From Candidatus Eiseniibacteriota bacterium (lineage in GTDB: Bacteria; Eisenbacteria; RBG-16-71-46; SZUA-252), in NCBI GenBank assembly GCA_963724515.1, contig CAVRUU010000003.1, positions 643,593 to 707,592 on the forward strand: DNA of 64,000 nt, read 5' to 3'. The position numbers and the translations under genes were made by a program. The number at the start of each line of letters is the position of its first letter. The first letter of the stretch is position 1. Shown piece after piece: positions 19,241 through 30,930 of this stretch. The notes under the pieces were generated by a model. It saw only the letters and a list, made by a program, of their open reading frames with translations, did not search any database and had not been told where the DNA came from.

Positions 19241-19650
19241 TCGACTTCCTCCGCGTCAAATCGATCGCGTTCCTCCGCCAGCACCCACGACGTCAGGTCG
19301 CTCGGCTGGCCGCGCTCCACGCTCACGATCAAGTACGAATACCAGGGCCACGCGTGCTCGCGGTCGTACTCCGACGGCCGGGCGGGATGGTCCGGATGGG
19401 AGTGGTAGATCCCCACGACGTCGAGCCCGTGGCTCCGCGCCCATGCCTCCGCTTCCCGGTACGCCTCGGGCCCCGCGTAGTAGCGACGCTCCGGCGATTC
19501 CGCGGTTCGGTTCTCGAACGGTCGGGCCACGTGAACCACCTTGCTTCCGTTCTGCGTCTGGCCGAGCAGCACGCCGCAGCATTCCGCGGGGTAGGCCTCC
19601 GCCCCCCTCGCGCGGATTTGCCGCAACAGGTCGACCGGGATCCGGATCAC
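19231..19650 (-). CDS. mec: JAMM/MPN+ metalloprotease (Mec+/CysLP family)
   Basis: JAMM motif 'E..CCGVLLG' and 'HSHPDHPARPSEYD' (HxHx7Sx2D). Overlaps the upstream cysM by 4 nt and the downstream fusion gene by 10 nt, suggesting translational coupling. Confidence 0.8.
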   Translation of the reverse strand: MIRIPVDLLRQIRARGAEAYPAECCGVLLGQTQNGSKVVHVARPFENRTAESPERRYYAGPEAYREAEAWARSHGLDVVGIYHSHPDHPARPSEYDREHAWPWYSYLIVSVERGQPSDLTSWVLAEERDRFDAEEVECT

Positions 19651-20711
19651 AGCTCCGCCTCCCAGAACCGCTCGCTCAGATAGCGGTCCGCCCCGTCGGG
19701 GAAGATCGTCACGACGCGCGGCGTCTCACCCGCGCGGATCGCCTCGCGGGCGACCTCGAGCGCGCAGTGAAGTGCTGCGCCCGACGATATCCCGATCAGC
19801 AACCCCTCCTCGCGCGCCGCGCGGCGCACCATGCGATAGGCCGCCTCCGTCGAAACCGTCCGATTCTCGTCCGGGAACGACGGGTCGTAGATCTCGGGCA
19901 CGATCGCGCTTTCCATGTGCTTCAGGCCCTCGAGGCCGTGGAAGGGTGAGTCGGGCTGGACCGCGACGATCCGCACGCCGGGAATCTGCTCGCGGAGTCT
20001 CCGTCCCACGCCCATCAGGGTCCCCGACGTGCCGAGGCCCGCGACGAAATGCGTTACGCGCCCGCGGGCTTGTTCCAAGATTTCCACCGCGGTCGTGTTG
20101 TAGTGCGCCTTCCAGTTCGCCGGATTCGAGTACTGGTCCGGATAGAAGTACCGATCCCCTTCGCGCGAGACGATGCGCCGCGCCTCACGAATGGCGCCGT
20201 CCGAGCCTTCCTGCGCGCTCGTGAGCCTCAGATCGACTCCGTACGCGCGCAGGATTCGGATCCGCTCGGGACCCGCGTTCGCCGGAAGGCAGAGCGTGAC
20301 TCGGTATCCCTTCGCGGCGCCGATCATCCCGTACGCGATGCCCGTGTTTCCCGACGTCGCGTCGAGGATCGCGCGGTCCGGAGTGAGCGCGCCGCTCTGC
20401 TCGCCCTCGTGAATCATCGCGAGGGCGGCCCGGTCCTTGATCGAGCCGCCGGGGTTCTCCCACTCGGCTTTTGCGAGGATCTCCGCGCCCCGAAGCTCGG
20501 AGCCGATGTGGCGGAGCTTCACGAGCGAGGTCCCGCCGATCAGGTTCAGGATGGATGCCGGACGGCGATACCGGCGGCGCTCGCGAAGCGGCTCTCGGGT
20601 GCGCCCCTGAAGAAGGGATCGAATCACGTCTGGGGCTCCGGATATGCGTGTGTCTTCACTGTATGTTTCTCCTTCGATGGCCCGGCGCTCCGCGTCCGGA
20701 GACGCCGCCAT
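19647..20711 (-). CDS. cysM: Cysteine synthase (CysM/CysK family, PLP-dependent; thiocarboxylate-accepting CysM-type by context)
   Basis: 'GGSIKDRAALAMI', 'TSGNTGIAYGMIGA', 'GTSGTLMGVGRRL'. The first ~45 residues of the track ORF may be spurious; the true start is uncertain. Confidence 0.8.
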   Translation of the reverse strand: MAASPDAERRAIEGETYSEDTRISGAPDVIRSLLQGRTREPLRERRRYRRPASILNLIGGTSLVKLRHIGSELRGAEILAKAEWENPGGSIKDRAALAMIHEGEQSGALTPDRAILDATSGNTGIAYGMIGAAKGYRVTLCLPANAGPERIRILRAYGVDLRLTSAQEGSDGAIREARRIVSREGDRYFYPDQYSNPANWKAHYNTTAVEILEQARGRVTHFVAGLGTSGTLMGVGRRLREQIPGVRIVAVQPDSPFHGLEGLKHMESAIVPEIYDPSFPDENRTVSTEAAYRMVRRAAREEGLLIGISSGAALHCALEVAREAIRAGETPRVVTIFPDGADRYLSERFWEAEL

Positions 20712-21103
20712 CCATGGTCAATTTGTTATCGGGAAACGAGATACGGGGGGAGCGGATCCGGCCTTGGCCGGTTTCCTAGGCCAGGCGGACCCGCGGGCTA
20801 CAGATACATCGGCCCGGGAGGGCCGGCGACACGGCGGCCCTTAGACGACTCGTGTGCATATACTTACGATGCCGCAAGGCGGCTCGTCGGTGCGTGATTC
20901 GGCTCTTCATAGGTGGAAGATTATACCATAAAGAAGCACGTATTTTGGGTCCCCTCTTCAGACTCCCGCCGAGGGGAAAATGAACCAGGCTGACGATCCT
21001 CGCCCCTGTGGGCGAGGACACCATGACGTGGGCCGAATCGGCTATTCTCGGTCCAATGAGAAGATAGGAACCAGGCGGGAATCCACGGAGGACAGCGATT
21101 CGC

Positions 21104-24100
21104 ATGGGCACGAGCTGGGCCTTCGGAAAATGGCTGGAGTCGGGTCGCCACTGGCCGGACTCGGAGAAGAGCCCTCTTCGCGGGGAGCTCCTCAGCGTCG
21201 AGCACCTCGAGGAGCGGGCTCGCGTTCTGGCGGCAAGCTATACCCTCGCCCGCAATCCTCGCCACCGGCCGCACCGATTTCTGCCTCGCCTCCAGGAAAA
21301 CGCCCGCGCCCTCCGCCGCGCCTACCTCGCCCTGGCGGGAGATGTGCGCCGCGGACGGCCGGTGGCTCCGGCCGCCGAATGGTTGCTCGACAATTTCCAT
21401 CTGGTCGAAACGGAAGTCGGCGAGGTCCGAAAGAACCTCCCGCAGCTCTACTATCTAGAGCTTCCCAAGCTTGCATCCCGTGAGGTCGCGGGCATGGCGC
21501 GCGTCCACGCCATGGCCCTCGAGTTCATCCGGCACAGCGATGCGCGCTTCGACCTCCATCGCCTGACACGCTTCGTGAGCGCCTACCAAACGGTGGCCCC
21601 CCTGACGCTCGGCGAGCTGTGGGCCTGGCCGAGCATGCTCAAGCTCAGCCTCATCGAGAATCTGAGGCGACTCACGGACGAGATCATGGAGAGCCGCGCG
21701 GGCGAGGCGGAAGCCGACCGCCACTTCGCGCGCTTCGAATCGACAGCCGCCACGGACCCGCTTCCACCCTTCCCCGAAAGTCTTTCGAACGGGTTCGTGG
21801 TCCAGCTCGCTCAGCACATGAGAGAACTCGGCCCGCGTATCTCCGAGCTGAGGGCCGCGCTCGAGCGAACGCTCAACGCGGCCGGCTCCAGCGTCGATGA
21901 GGCGGTGCGCGCCGAGCACCAGCGGCAGACCATGGGGCATGCCTCGACGGGCAACTCGATCACCTCGCTGAGGCTGGTCGCCACCATCGATTGGAATCGC
22001 GCGATCGAGCGCGTGAGCTTGATGGAGCAGGTTCTCCAGCGCGATCCCGCCGGCGTCTACGGCACGATGGACTTCGCCAGCCGCGATCGCTACCGGCAGG
22101 CGGTGGAGGAATTGTCCGAACCGAGCGGAGAGGCTCAGATACGCGTGGCTCTCCGCGCGATTGAGAGCGCACGCCAGGCGGCGGAGAAGCATCCGGGCGA
22201 ACCGAGCGGGCACATCGGGTATCACCTGATCGGCGGCGGGCGCCGCGAGTTCGAGGTGGATGTCGCATACGTCCCGCGATTCAAGCAGAGGATCCGCCGA
22301 TTCATCTTCGCACGCGCCGTGCTCTTCTATCTGGGCCCGGTCTCGTTCCTCACCGCCTTGGGCGTCGCCGCGACGGCGGTTTACGCGCGATCCCAGGGCG
22401 CTCCGGTGACCCTTCTCCCCTGGGTCTGTGTGCTTGCGCTCATCCCCGCGAGCCAACTCGCGATCCTGACCGTCCAGAAGTTCGTGCACCGTGTCGCTCG
22501 GCCCCGCCGCCTGCCCAGAATCGAGCTCGAGGGCGGCGTCCCGGAAGAGGCGTGCACGATGGTGGTCGTGCCCACGCTGCTCGGGGGCGTCGGGAGCGCG
22601 AGAGCGCGGATCGAGCATCTCGAGGTGCAGGCGCTCGGGAACATGGATCCACAAATCCACTTCGCGCTTCTCACGGACTTCCCCGACGCGACGGAGGCGG
22701 AGCGGCCCGAGGACGAGGCCATACTCGCGGTCGCGGTGGCCGGAATCGAAGCCCTGAACGCCCGTCACGGAGGCGGCAAGCAGAACCGCTTCTACCTCTT
22801 CCATCGGCCCCGACAGTGGAATGCGCAGGAGGGCGTGTGGATGGGTTGGGAGCGAAAGCGGGGTAAGATCGAAGAGTTCAACGCTCTGCTGCGCGGTTCC
22901 GATGACACGTCGTTCCAGATCATGGTGGGCGACCGATCGATTCTCGAGAAGGTCCGCTACGTCATCACGCTCGATTCCGACACCCGCTTGCCGCGCGACG
23001 TCGCGGGTCGGCTGATCGGAGTCATCCGGCATCCCCTCAACCGCCCGCATTTCGATCCGCGGCTGGGCCGCGTCGCTCGGGGCTATGGAATTCTCCAGCC
23101 GCGCGTGAGCGTCACCATGTCGAGCGCAGCGGGCTCGCTGTTCGCGCGCGTCTACGCCGGCCACACGGGGGTCGACCCCTACACGACCGCGGTCTCGGAT
23201 GCCTACCAGGATCTCTTCAGCGAGGGCATCTTCACCGGCAAGGGGCTGTACGACGTCGATGCCTTCACGGCCGCCCTCGAAGGGCGCGTGCCCGAAAACG
23301 CGCTCCTGTCGCACGACCTGTTCGAGGGTCTCCATGCCCGAACGGCTCTGGTCTCCGACATCGAGCTCGTGGACGACTTCCCGTCGAGCGTGCTGGCTCA
23401 CGCGGGGCGCCAACGCCGCTGGGTGCGCGGCGACTGGCAGATCCTGGCTTGGCTCTTCCCCTGGGTGCCCACGCGGCATGGCCTCGAGCGGAATCGCCTC
23501 CCCCTGATCAGCAGATGGAAGATTCTCGACAACCTGAGGCGAAGCCTGGTCGCCCCCAGCACGCTCGCCCTTCTCGCCTCGGGATGGACGTGGCTGCCGG
23601 GGGCACCCTGGGCGTGGACCCTTGCGGTGGTCGCCGTCTCCAGCTTTCCGATCTATCCGCAGCTGTTGCGCGGCCTGAGAGGACCGGCCCAGCACCAACC
23701 CACCGGGGTCTTCCTCCGCGACGTGCGGGAGGAAGTGAAGACCGCCGGAGCGCAGGTGCTCCTCGACCTCCTCCTGCTCGCCTACCACTCCTACGAGATG
23801 GTCCATGCGATCGGGGTCACGCTGGTGCGGCTGATCGTCACGCAGCGGAGGATGCTCGAGTGGGAGCCTGCCGCGGCCGCCGCGGCCCGCGCCGCCGGGC
23901 TGACCGGGCGCGAGGGACTGCGCGCGTTCGCGAACGGAATGTGGGCCAGCCCCGCCACGGCGATCGCGCTCTACGCGGCCATCCTCGCGTCGCGGCCCGA
24001 AGCGCTCCGGATCGCCTCGCCGCTGCTGCTCCTCTGGTTGTCCGCGCCTCTCGTTGCCTTCTGGTTGAGCCGCCCGGCGCGCCCGCGCGTGATCGTTCTC

Positions 24101-27100
24101 GCGCCGCGCGATCGGATCTTCTTGCGCCGCGTCGCCCGGAACACCTGGCGGTATTTCGAGACGTTCGCCGGGGAGGGAGAGCACTGGCTCCCGCCGGACA
24201 ACGTTCAGGAGACACCGGGGGAGAAGACGGCGCATCGCACGTCACCGACGAACGTCGGCATGGCATTGCTCGCCACGTTGTCCGCGCACGACCTGGGCTT
24301 CATCGACGCGCAGGAAACTCTCGATCGGATCGAGCGGACGATCGCGACGGTCGAAGTGCTCGAGAAATTCCAGGGGCATCTGCTGAACTGGTACGACACC
24401 ACGAGCCTGGCTCCGCTCCAGCCCCGCTACGTGTCGACCGTCGATAGCGCCAACCTCGCGGGGTCCCTGCTCGCCGTGGCGGAGGGGCTGCGACGGCTCG
24501 GCACGGCCCCGGCGAACGCCCTCCGCTTGGCCACGACGATCGAGGACACCTCGGCGCTCCTGCGCCAGAGTCTCAATACCTGCGCCAAGAACAGCCCTGA
24601 CGCGTCGATCCAGGAGCGCCTGGCGCGGGCCATTCGCGAGCTGGACGCCCTGGATCCGGCCGCCGCGCTGGAAACGGCCGGCCTCGGCGCGATTCCCGGG
24701 CACGAGGCCGCGGAGGCGGCCTTCTGGGGCGGCATGCTCCTGCGCCTCATGCGGGGCCCGACCGAGTCTCCGATGAAGCCGGGCGATTCGCGCGCCGCCC
24801 TCGCCGACCGGGCGGAAGCCCTCGCGAACGCGATGGACTTCAAATTTCTCTACGACCGCGAGCGTCGGATCTTCTCCATCGGGTTCCGGCTTGCGGACAT
24901 GGAGGGCCCGGGACGTCTCGATCCCTCGTACTACGATCTGCTGGCGTCCGAAGCTCGGCTCGCGAGCTTTGTCGCGATCGCCAAGGGGGACGTCCCCCAG
25001 GAGCACTGGTTTCAGCTGGGACGCGCCCTCGTGGGCGTCGGCGGGATGCCTACCCTGGTCTCATGGAGCGGCTCGATGTTCGAATACCTCATGCCGCTTC
25101 TGCTCATGCGGAGCTATCCGGACACGCTGCTCCACCATTCGAGCGGGGCCGCCGTGCACGCGCAGATCCAGTACGGGCGCCTCCAGGGAGTCCCCTGGGG
25201 AATTTCCGAGTGCGCGTTCAATCTCCTGGATCGGCACGGGACGTACCAGTACAAGGCGTTCGGCGTGCCCGAGCTGGGGCTGAAGCGCGGATTGTCCGAA
25301 GATCTCGTCGTGGCGCCGTACGCGACGGCGCTCGCGGCCATGGTCGATCCCATAGAGGCCGTGGCCAATCTGAGGCGCCTCGCGCGCGAAGGCGCCCAGG
25401 GCAAGTACGGCTTCTATGAAGCCCTGGATTACACGCCGCGCGAGAGCGGCAAGGCGACGGAGACGGCGGCGGCGAGCGGCCGCGCCCGACCTGTGCCGGT
25501 ACAGGCGTACTTCGCGCATCATCAGGGAATGACCGTCGCGGCGCTCGCCAACGCGGTGCTGAACGATCTGATGGTGTCCCGCTTCCACGCCTCCCCGGGA
25601 ATCCAGGCGACCGAGCTTCTGCTGCAAGAGAGGGTGCCGCGCTTCGTGCCCGTGATCCGGCCCAGGCCGATCGAGGTGACGCGGGTCGCGCCGGCGATTC
25701 TGCCCGTTTCGCCGCGGCGGTTCCGCACGCCGCATACCCGTTATCCCCACGCGGCATTTCTTTCCAACGGCCGCTACGTATCGGTGGTCACGAACGCGGG
25801 AGGCGGCGCCAGCTCTTGCCGCGGTCTCGCGGTCACGCGCCAACGGGAGGACGCGATCCGCGACCCAGGCGGCCAGTATCTCTATCTTCGTGACGTGCGA
25901 AGCGGCGCGACCTGGTCCGCGACCTATCAACCGATGCGGCGCGAACCGGACGAATACCGGGTCACCTTCCTCGCGGACAAAGCGGTCATCCAGCAGAGCG
26001 CAGAGGAGATTGACACGTTGCTCGAGATCGCGGTCTCTGCAGAGGACGACGTGGAGGTGCGGCGGTTGTCGCTCACCAATCGGAGCGCGCACCAGCGCGA
26101 GATCGAGATCACGAGTTACGCAGAAGTAGTGCTTGCCCCGCAGGCGGATGACCTCGCACACCCGGCCTTCGGAAAGCTCTTCCTGGAAACCGAATGCAGC
26201 CCGGAAACCGCTTCACTCCTGTGCGGACGGCGGCGGCGCTCCGAGGAGGAGCCCGGCGCTTGGGCGATCCACGTGCTGAGCCTGGAAGGCCGCACGCAGA
26301 GCGCCGTGGAGTGGGAAACGGACCGGATGAGATTCCTCGGCCGTGGCCGCGGTCCCGACGACCCGGTCGCGCTCGACGGCCGGCCGCTTTCGGGCACGGT
26401 CGGCGCGACCCTCGACCCGATCTTCAGCCTCCGGCAGCGCATCCGGCTCGCGCCTGGGGGGTTCGCGCGGGTCGCCTTTGCGACCGGGATGGCCGCCGAC
26501 CGTGACGCCGCGATCGCCCTCTGCATGAAGTACGCGGACCCGACCTCGGCGCCACGCACCTTCGCGCTCGCCGCGACCCAGCTCTCGATCACGCTCCGTC
26601 ACCTCGGCATCCCGGTCGAGGAGGCGCAGCTCTACGAGCGTCTCGCCTCGCGCGTCTTCAACACCGACCGCTCTCTGGGAGCCGCCCCCGGGGTTCTGGC
26701 GCGCAACGTCCTCGGCCAATCGGGACTCTGGGGCCACGGCGTCTCGGGCGATCTCCCAATCTTGCTGATTCGCGTGCTCGAGCCGGACGACGTCGCACTC
26801 GTGCGCCAGGTGCTGCGGGCCCAGGACTACTGGAGAGTGAAGGGTTTGAGCGCCGACGTGGTGATCCTGAACGAGCATCCGGTGAGCTATCGGAACGAGA
26901 TCCACGAGCAGCTCGAGGTCCTGCTGCAGGGTGGTCCCTGGGGTGCGTGGAAGGATCGCGCCGGCGGGGCGTTCCTGCTCACCGCGGAGGGCATGAGCGA
27001 GGCCGAGCGCGTCCTCCTCTCCGCCGCCGCGCGCGCGGTCCTGAGCGGTGACGCGGGGGATCTCGAGGCTCACCTGAATCGCGCCTATTCGGAACCCGCG

Positions 27101-29632
27101 TGGCCGCCCGCGCTCGAAGTCGCCGGACCTTCCACCCAGCCGTCCGAGGAGGATTCGGGTCCGGAGATCGAGATCCCGGAGCTCACGTTCTGGAATGGGC
27201 GCGGGGGCTTCACGCCCGATGGGAAGGAATACGCGATCGTTCTGAACGGAGCCGACGAGACGCCGCTCCCCTGGGCCAACGTTCTCGCCAATCCGCGCTT
27301 CGGAAGCGTTGTGACGGCCGCCGGCCCCTCCTACACCTGGTCCGAGAACAGCCGCGAGAACCGGCTCACCCCGTTCATCAACGACCCGGTGACGGAAGGG
27401 ACCGGAGAGGCGATCTACCTGCGCGACGACAAGACGGGCGCGGCATGGGGCGCGACACCCGGCCCGATGCGGCGCGAAGCCGATGGAGGGCGCTGGATCG
27501 TGCGCCACGGCGCGGGCGTGACGCGCTACGTGCGCCGCCAGCGTGGGATTCGGCACGAGCTGGCGATCTTCGTCCATCCTACGGAGCCGGTGCGTTTCGC
27601 GCTGCTCACGCTCGCGAACCAGACGGGCCGGCCGCGGCGCCTGAGCGTCTTCAGCTACAACGAGTGGAGGCTCTCCCCGCCGCGCGCCGGCGAGCAGATC
27701 CACGTCCGCACGGAGCTCGAAGCAGACACTTCGGCACTGCTCGCGGAGAATCCGTACAACCAGGATTTCAGGGGACGGGTCGCATTCGCGCACGCCGGCC
27801 CGCTCACTTCCGCGACCGGCGACCGGCTGGAATTCCTGGGCAGGAACGGCACGATGGCGCGACCGGCCGCGCTCGGCCGCCGCGTGCTGTCGAACGCCTT
27901 CGGCGCGGGGCTGGATCCCTGCGCCGCGCTCCAGGTCGCCGTGGACCTGGCACCTCGCGAGACCCGCCAGGTCGTCTTCCTGCTCGGGCAGGGCGAGAAT
28001 CGTGACGCCGCTCTCCGTCTCGTTCGCGCTCATGGATCCGCATCCGCCGCGCTCTCGGCGCTCCGGGATGTCGAACGCTCCTGGGACGACATCCTCGGCG
28101 CGGTTCAGGTCCATACGCCGGACGACTCCTTTGATCTCCTCATGAATCGCTGGCTTCTCTATGAGTCCGTCGCGAGCCGGTTGTGGGCACGGACCGCCTA
28201 TTACCAGCCGGGCGGCGCGTATGGGTTCCGCGACCAGCTTCAGGACGTGATGGCGCTGAGTTTTGCAGGTCCCCGGCACTACCGGGAGCACCTGCTGCGC
28301 GCCGCCGGCCGCCAGTTCATCGAGGGGGATGTGCAGCACTGGTGGCACGCCCATACGGGGGCGGGTGTGCGGACCCGTTGCTCCGATGATTTCCTGTGGC
28401 TGCCGTTCGCCGTCGCGCACTACGTCGATGCGACCGGCGACCGCGCGGTTCTCGAGGAGCGCGTGCCGTTCCTGACAGGGCAACCCCTCCGTCCGGACGA
28501 GCAGGAGGCCTACGGTCATCCTGGCGTATCGGGCGAGAGCGCGACGCTCTACGAGCATTGCGCGCGCGCCATCGACCGGGGCATGACCTCGGGATCGCAC
28601 GGGCTCCCGCTGATCGGGAACGGCGACTGGAACGACGGCTTGAACCGTGTGGGGCGGCAGGGTCGGGGAGAAAGCGTCTGGCTGGGCTGGTTCCTGTCGA
28701 GGATCTTGAGGGATTTTGCCGGCCTCGCCGAGAAGCGTGGGGACGGCGAGCGAGCCGCCCGCTACAGGAACGAGATCGGACGCCTCGCGGTGGTTCTCGA
28801 ACAGGCCTGGGACGGGGACTGGTACCGGCGCGGGTACTTCGACGACGGCACGCCTCTCGGCTCGGCGCAGAGCGAGGAATGCCGCATCGATTCTGTCGCC
28901 CAGTCCTGGGCGGTGCTGTCCGGTGTCGCGCCTTCACAGCGCGCGGAGCGCGCGATGGACTCCGTGCGGAGCCATCTGGTCCGGCGGGACGCCCGCGTGG
29001 TCCTTCTCCTCACTCCTCCCTTCGACTCATCCCCGCTGGATCCCGGCTACATCAAGGGCTACATCCCCGGCGTGCGCGAGAACGGCGGCCAGTACACGCA
29101 CGCGGCGATCTGGGTCTTGATGGCGGTGGGCAGCCTCGGCAGCGGAGACGAGGCCGTGGAGCTCTTCCATCTCCTCAACCCGATCAATCACGGGCGCATG
29201 CCGGCCGACATCGCGCGCTACAAGGTCGAGCCCTACGTGGTCGCGGCGGACGTGTACGCGCACCCCGCCCACGCGGGCCGCGGCGGCTGGACCTGGCAAA
29301 CGGGATCGGCGAGCTGGATGTATCGTGCCGGTCTGGAGACCATCCTCGGGATCGAGCGCCGCGGTTCCACATTCTCCCTGAATCCCTGTCTGCCATTCGC
29401 GTGGCCTGGGTTCTCGGTCGTGCTTCGTACCGGGAATACGCGTTACGAGATCTCGGTCGAAAACCCCCAGCAGCGCTGCCGCGGGGTCTCGGAGGTGGAA
29501 CTGGATGGCGTTCCGGTCCCGGCCCATGCGATTCCCTTCCGCGACGACGGGGGAAGACATCAGATTAGAGCCGTGATCGGTGATCCGGTCATGGCAAGTA
29601 GCGGCGTCGGGCGGTCCGAACACGCGGGCTGA
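21104..29632 (+). CDS. cgs: Cyclic beta-1,2-glucan synthase homologue (Cgs/NdvB/ChvB-like, 2842 aa): N-terminal membrane domain + GT84 glycosyltransferase + C-terminal GH94-type glucan phosphorylase/hydrolase domain
   Basis: Size and architecture match the NdvB family: N-terminal '[12 protein letters not shown]' region, TM segments around residues 400-470 and 900-1000, a DxD-type motif '[13 protein letters not shown]', and a C-terminal alpha/alpha-toroid GH94-like region ('NGDWNDGLN', '[10 protein letters not shown]'). Uninterrupted 8.5-kb ORF. Confidence 0.75.
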   Translation: MGTSWAFGKWLESGRHWPDSEKSPLRGELLSVEHLEERARVLAASYTLARNPRHRPHRFLPRLQENARALRRAYLALAGDVRRGRPVAPAAEWLLDNFHLVETEVGEVRKNLPQLYYLELPKLASREVAGMARVHAMALEFIRHSDARFDLHRLTRFVSAYQTVAPLTLGELWAWPSMLKLSLIENLRRLTDEIMESRAGEAEADRHFARFESTAATDPLPPFPESLSNGFVVQLAQHMRELGPRISELRAALERTLNAAGSSVDEAVRAEHQRQTMGHASTGNSITSLRLVATIDWNRAIERVSLMEQVLQRDPAGVYGTMDFASRDRYRQAVEELSEPSGEAQIRVALRAIESARQAAEKHPGEPSGHIGYHLIGGGRREFEVDVAYVPRFKQRIRRFIFARAVLFYLGPVSFLTALGVAATAVYARSQGAPVTLLPWVCVLALIPASQLAILTVQKFVHRVARPRRLPRIELEGGVPEEACTMVVVPTLLGGVGSARARIEHLEVQALGNMDPQIHFALLTDFPDATEAERPEDEAILAVAVAGIEALNARHGGGKQNRFYLFHRPRQWNAQEGVWMGWERKRGKIEEFNALLRGSDDTSFQIMVGDRSILEKVRYVITLDSDTRLPRDVAGRLIGVIRHPLNRPHFDPRLGRVARGYGILQPRVSVTMSSAAGSLFARVYAGHTGVDPYTTAVSDAYQDLFSEGIFTGKGLYDVDAFTAALEGRVPENALLSHDLFEGLHARTALVSDIELVDDFPSSVLAHAGRQRRWVRGDWQILAWLFPWVPTRHGLERNRLPLISRWKILDNLRRSLVAPSTLALLASGWTWLPGAPWAWTLAVVAVSSFPIYPQLLRGLRGPAQHQPTGVFLRDVREEVKTAGAQVLLDLLLLAYHSYEMVHAIGVTLVRLIVTQRRMLEWEPAAAAAARAAGLTGREGLRAFANGMWASPATAIALYAAILASRPEALRIASPLLLLWLSAPLVAFWLSRPARPRVIVLAPRDRIFLRRVARNTWRYFETFAGEGEHWLPPDNVQETPGEKTAHRTSPTNVGMALLATLSAHDLGFIDAQETLDRIERTIATVEVLEKFQGHLLNWYDTTSLAPLQPRYVSTVDSANLAGSLLAVAEGLRRLGTAPANALRLATTIEDTSALLRQSLNTCAKNSPDASIQERLARAIRELDALDPAAALETAGLGAIPGHEAAEAAFWGGMLLRLMRGPTESPMKPGDSRAALADRAEALANAMDFKFLYDRERRIFSIGFRLADMEGPGRLDPSYYDLLASEARLASFVAIAKGDVPQEHWFQLGRALVGVGGMPTLVSWSGSMFEYLMPLLLMRSYPDTLLHHSSGAAVHAQIQYGRLQGVPWGISECAFNLLDRHGTYQYKAFGVPELGLKRGLSEDLVVAPYATALAAMVDPIEAVANLRRLAREGAQGKYGFYEALDYTPRESGKATETAAASGRARPVPVQAYFAHHQGMTVAALANAVLNDLMVSRFHASPGIQATELLLQERVPRFVPVIRPRPIEVTRVAPAILPVSPRRFRTPHTRYPHAAFLSNGRYVSVVTNAGGGASSCRGLAVTRQREDAIRDPGGQYLYLRDVRSGATWSATYQPMRREPDEYRVTFLADKAVIQQSAEEIDTLLEIAVSAEDDVEVRRLSLTNRSAHQREIEITSYAEVVLAPQADDLAHPAFGKLFLETECSPETASLLCGRRRRSEEEPGAWAIHVLSLEGRTQSAVEWETDRMRFLGRGRGPDDPVALDGRPLSGTVGATLDPIFSLRQRIRLAPGGFARVAFATGMAADRDAAIALCMKYADPTSAPRTFALAATQLSITLRHLGIPVEEAQLYERLASRVFNTDRSLGAAPGVLARNVLGQSGLWGHGVSGDLPILLIRVLEPDDVALVRQVLRAQDYWRVKGLSADVVILNEHPVSYRNEIHEQLEVLLQGGPWGAWKDRAGGAFLLTAEGMSEAERVLLSAAARAVLSGDAGDLEAHLNRAYSEPAWPPALEVAGPSTQPSEEDSGPEIEIPELTFWNGRGGFTPDGKEYAIVLNGADETPLPWANVLANPRFGSVVTAAGPSYTWSENSRENRLTPFINDPVTEGTGEAIYLRDDKTGAAWGATPGPMRREADGGRWIVRHGAGVTRYVRRQRGIRHELAIFVHPTEPVRFALLTLANQTGRPRRLSVFSYNEWRLSPPRAGEQIHVRTELEADTSALLAENPYNQDFRGRVAFAHAGPLTSATGDRLEFLGRNGTMARPAALGRRVLSNAFGAGLDPCAALQVAVDLAPRETRQVVFLLGQGENRDAALRLVRAHGSASAALSALRDVERSWDDILGAVQVHTPDDSFDLLMNRWLLYESVASRLWARTAYYQPGGAYGFRDQLQDVMALSFAGPRHYREHLLRAAGRQFIEGDVQHWWHAHTGAGVRTRCSDDFLWLPFAVAHYVDATGDRAVLEERVPFLTGQPLRPDEQEAYGHPGVSGESATLYEHCARAIDRGMTSGSHGLPLIGNGDWNDGLNRVGRQGRGESVWLGWFLSRILRDFAGLAEKRGDGERAARYRNEIGRLAVVLEQAWDGDWYRRGYFDDGTPLGSAQSEECRIDSVAQSWAVLSGVAPSQRAERAMDSVRSHLVRRDARVVLLLTPPFDSSPLDPGYIKGYIPGVRENGGQYTHAAIWVLMAVGSLGSGDEAVELFHLLNPINHGRMPADIARYKVEPYVVAADVYAHPAHAGRGGWTWQTGSASWMYRAGLETILGIERRGSTFSLNPCLPFAWPGFSVVLRTGNTRYEISVENPQQRCRGVSEVELDGVPVPAHAIPFRDDGGRHQIRAVIGDPVMASSGVGRSEHAG

Positions 29633-29675
29633 TCGCGCCGGTCCACCGCATCACGCAATGAAAGGAGTTCCCCGC

Positions 29676-29879
29676 ATGGCTGTAGCGAGGGTCACCGAGA
29701 TCACGGCTTCATCCAGCAAGAGCTTCGAGGACGCCACCCGGATCGGCGTCAAGCGAGCGAACAAGACGCTGCAGAACGTGAAGGGCGCCTGGATCCAGGA
29801 GCAGAAGCTGAAGATCGAGGGCGGAAAGATCGTGGAGTACCGCGTGAACATGAAGATCACGTTCATTCTCAAAGACTAG
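29676..29879 (+). CDS. Dodecin-family flavin-binding protein (67 aa)
   Basis: 'MAVARVTEITASSSKSFEDATRIGVKRANKTLQNVKGAWIQEQKLKIEGGKIVEYRVNMKITFILKD' fits the dodecin fold pattern. SD 'AAAGGAG' upstream; internal ATG of track ORF 29580..29879. Confidence 0.75.
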   Translation: MAVARVTEITASSSKSFEDATRIGVKRANKTLQNVKGAWIQEQKLKIEGGKIVEYRVNMKITFILKD

Positions 29880-30051
29880 CCGCGCGTCGACGCACCATGG
29901 AAAGGGCCCCAGCGCTTGCGCGCCGGGGCCCCGTTGCATTCGTCGAACGTGAGCCTATTCCTTCTTTTCGGGCTCGCAGACGTCGCACCCCTTGTCGAAG
30001 ACGACCCTCCAGCGGCCGTCCAAGACAAGACGCTTCATGACGTTTCTCCCC

Positions 30052-30822
30052 TTACTTCGCTCCGGCGGGGGATGGATAGGGACCGGGGTCGAATGGAATC
30101 GAGATTCCGAATCGCGTCACCACTCCGCTCCAGTCGGCGCGGACGCTGGATCCGTCGTCGAGCCGGAGCGGCGTGCCGTTGGATTTGAGGTCGCCGGTCT
30201 TCGCGGACCGATAGCCAAGGGCGGCATCGAAGTGGAGTCCTCTGGAGATCGCGATATCGGCCATCGCAAGCCCATGGAATCCCAGCCCCGTTCCATCGAA
30301 GACGTACGAGCGGCGCTGGGCGCCCACGTTCGCATGGACGTCGCCCTTGCAGATGTAGTAGCCGGCGCCGCCTCCGATGCCGTAGCGACCCGCCCGCCAG
30401 GATCGAAAATAGCCGAGCGTGGCGGTGAGCGCGTTTGCCGGAGCCGAGACGCCCTCGTCGATCGGCACCGTTACGAAGGCCAGACCCGCCTTCGAGGCGC
30501 TCGCGCCCAGATGATTGTAGTCGAACAGAAGACAGATCTTGTCTTTGTGGGGCCAGACCCGGATGCCGGCTCCGAACGCGGCGCCGCTTCCGAGCTTCTT
30601 GGCCGTGAAGCCGGAACCAGCGAGCAACCGGTTGTCTTCGTCGATTCCGCGGTTGACGTCGGACATGCTGTAGGACTGGAGCCCACCGAAGAACGCGAGG
30701 AATACCCTCGGCCTTTGGCCGGATTCCGCGGAGGAGGTCGCGGGCCGCCCCACGGAAAGCAGGGCGCAGAGCAGAGCTACGGCAATTGCCCGAGGCATGA
30801 TGCCGGCCAGTTTGGCATGCAT
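30052..30822 (-). CDS. Putative outer-membrane beta-barrel protein (OmpA/OmpW-like porin family), ~250 aa
   Basis: Only the C-terminal ~250 aa of track ORF 30052..31926 look native: signal peptide 'MHAKLAGIMPRAIAVALLCALLSVGRPATSSAE', then alternating amphipathic beta-strand pattern ending in an aromatic-rich C-terminus. The upstream ~370 codons of that ORF are an antisense shadow of the M23 peptidase gene. Start could be 30822 or 30798. Confidence 0.5.
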   Translation of the reverse strand: MHAKLAGIMPRAIAVALLCALLSVGRPATSSAESGQRPRVFLAFFGGLQSYSMSDVNRGIDEDNRLLAGSGFTAKKLGSGAAFGAGIRVWPHKDKICLLFDYNHLGASASKAGLAFVTVPIDEGVSAPANALTATLGYFRSWRAGRYGIGGGAGYYICKGDVHANVGAQRRSYVFDGTGLGFHGLAMADIAISRGLHFDAALGYRSAKTGDLKSNGTPLRLDDGSSVRADWSGVVTRFGISIPFDPGPYPSPAGAK

Positions 30823-30930
30823 GAGGCGCGCGCACAAGTGGCCAAAAAAGTGGCGTCCCCCCTCGAGTTTGCGGTAGCATGAGCTAAGCTGAGGGCAGTC
30901 GCGGCAAACCCTACAACCGGGCCACGCACC

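Noticed and set aside
20980-21483. ORF 20980..21483 (+) starting at an SD-preceded ATG
   Set aside because: Runs out of frame across the cgs start with low-complexity translation; more likely part of a regulatory leader (see finding) than a protein gene.
21455-28600. Minus-strand ORFs 21455..24235 (926 aa) and 26213..28600 (795 aa), plus many shorter ones
   Set aside because: Antisense shadows of the 8.5-kb glucan synthase ORF; extreme R/G/P/A composition.
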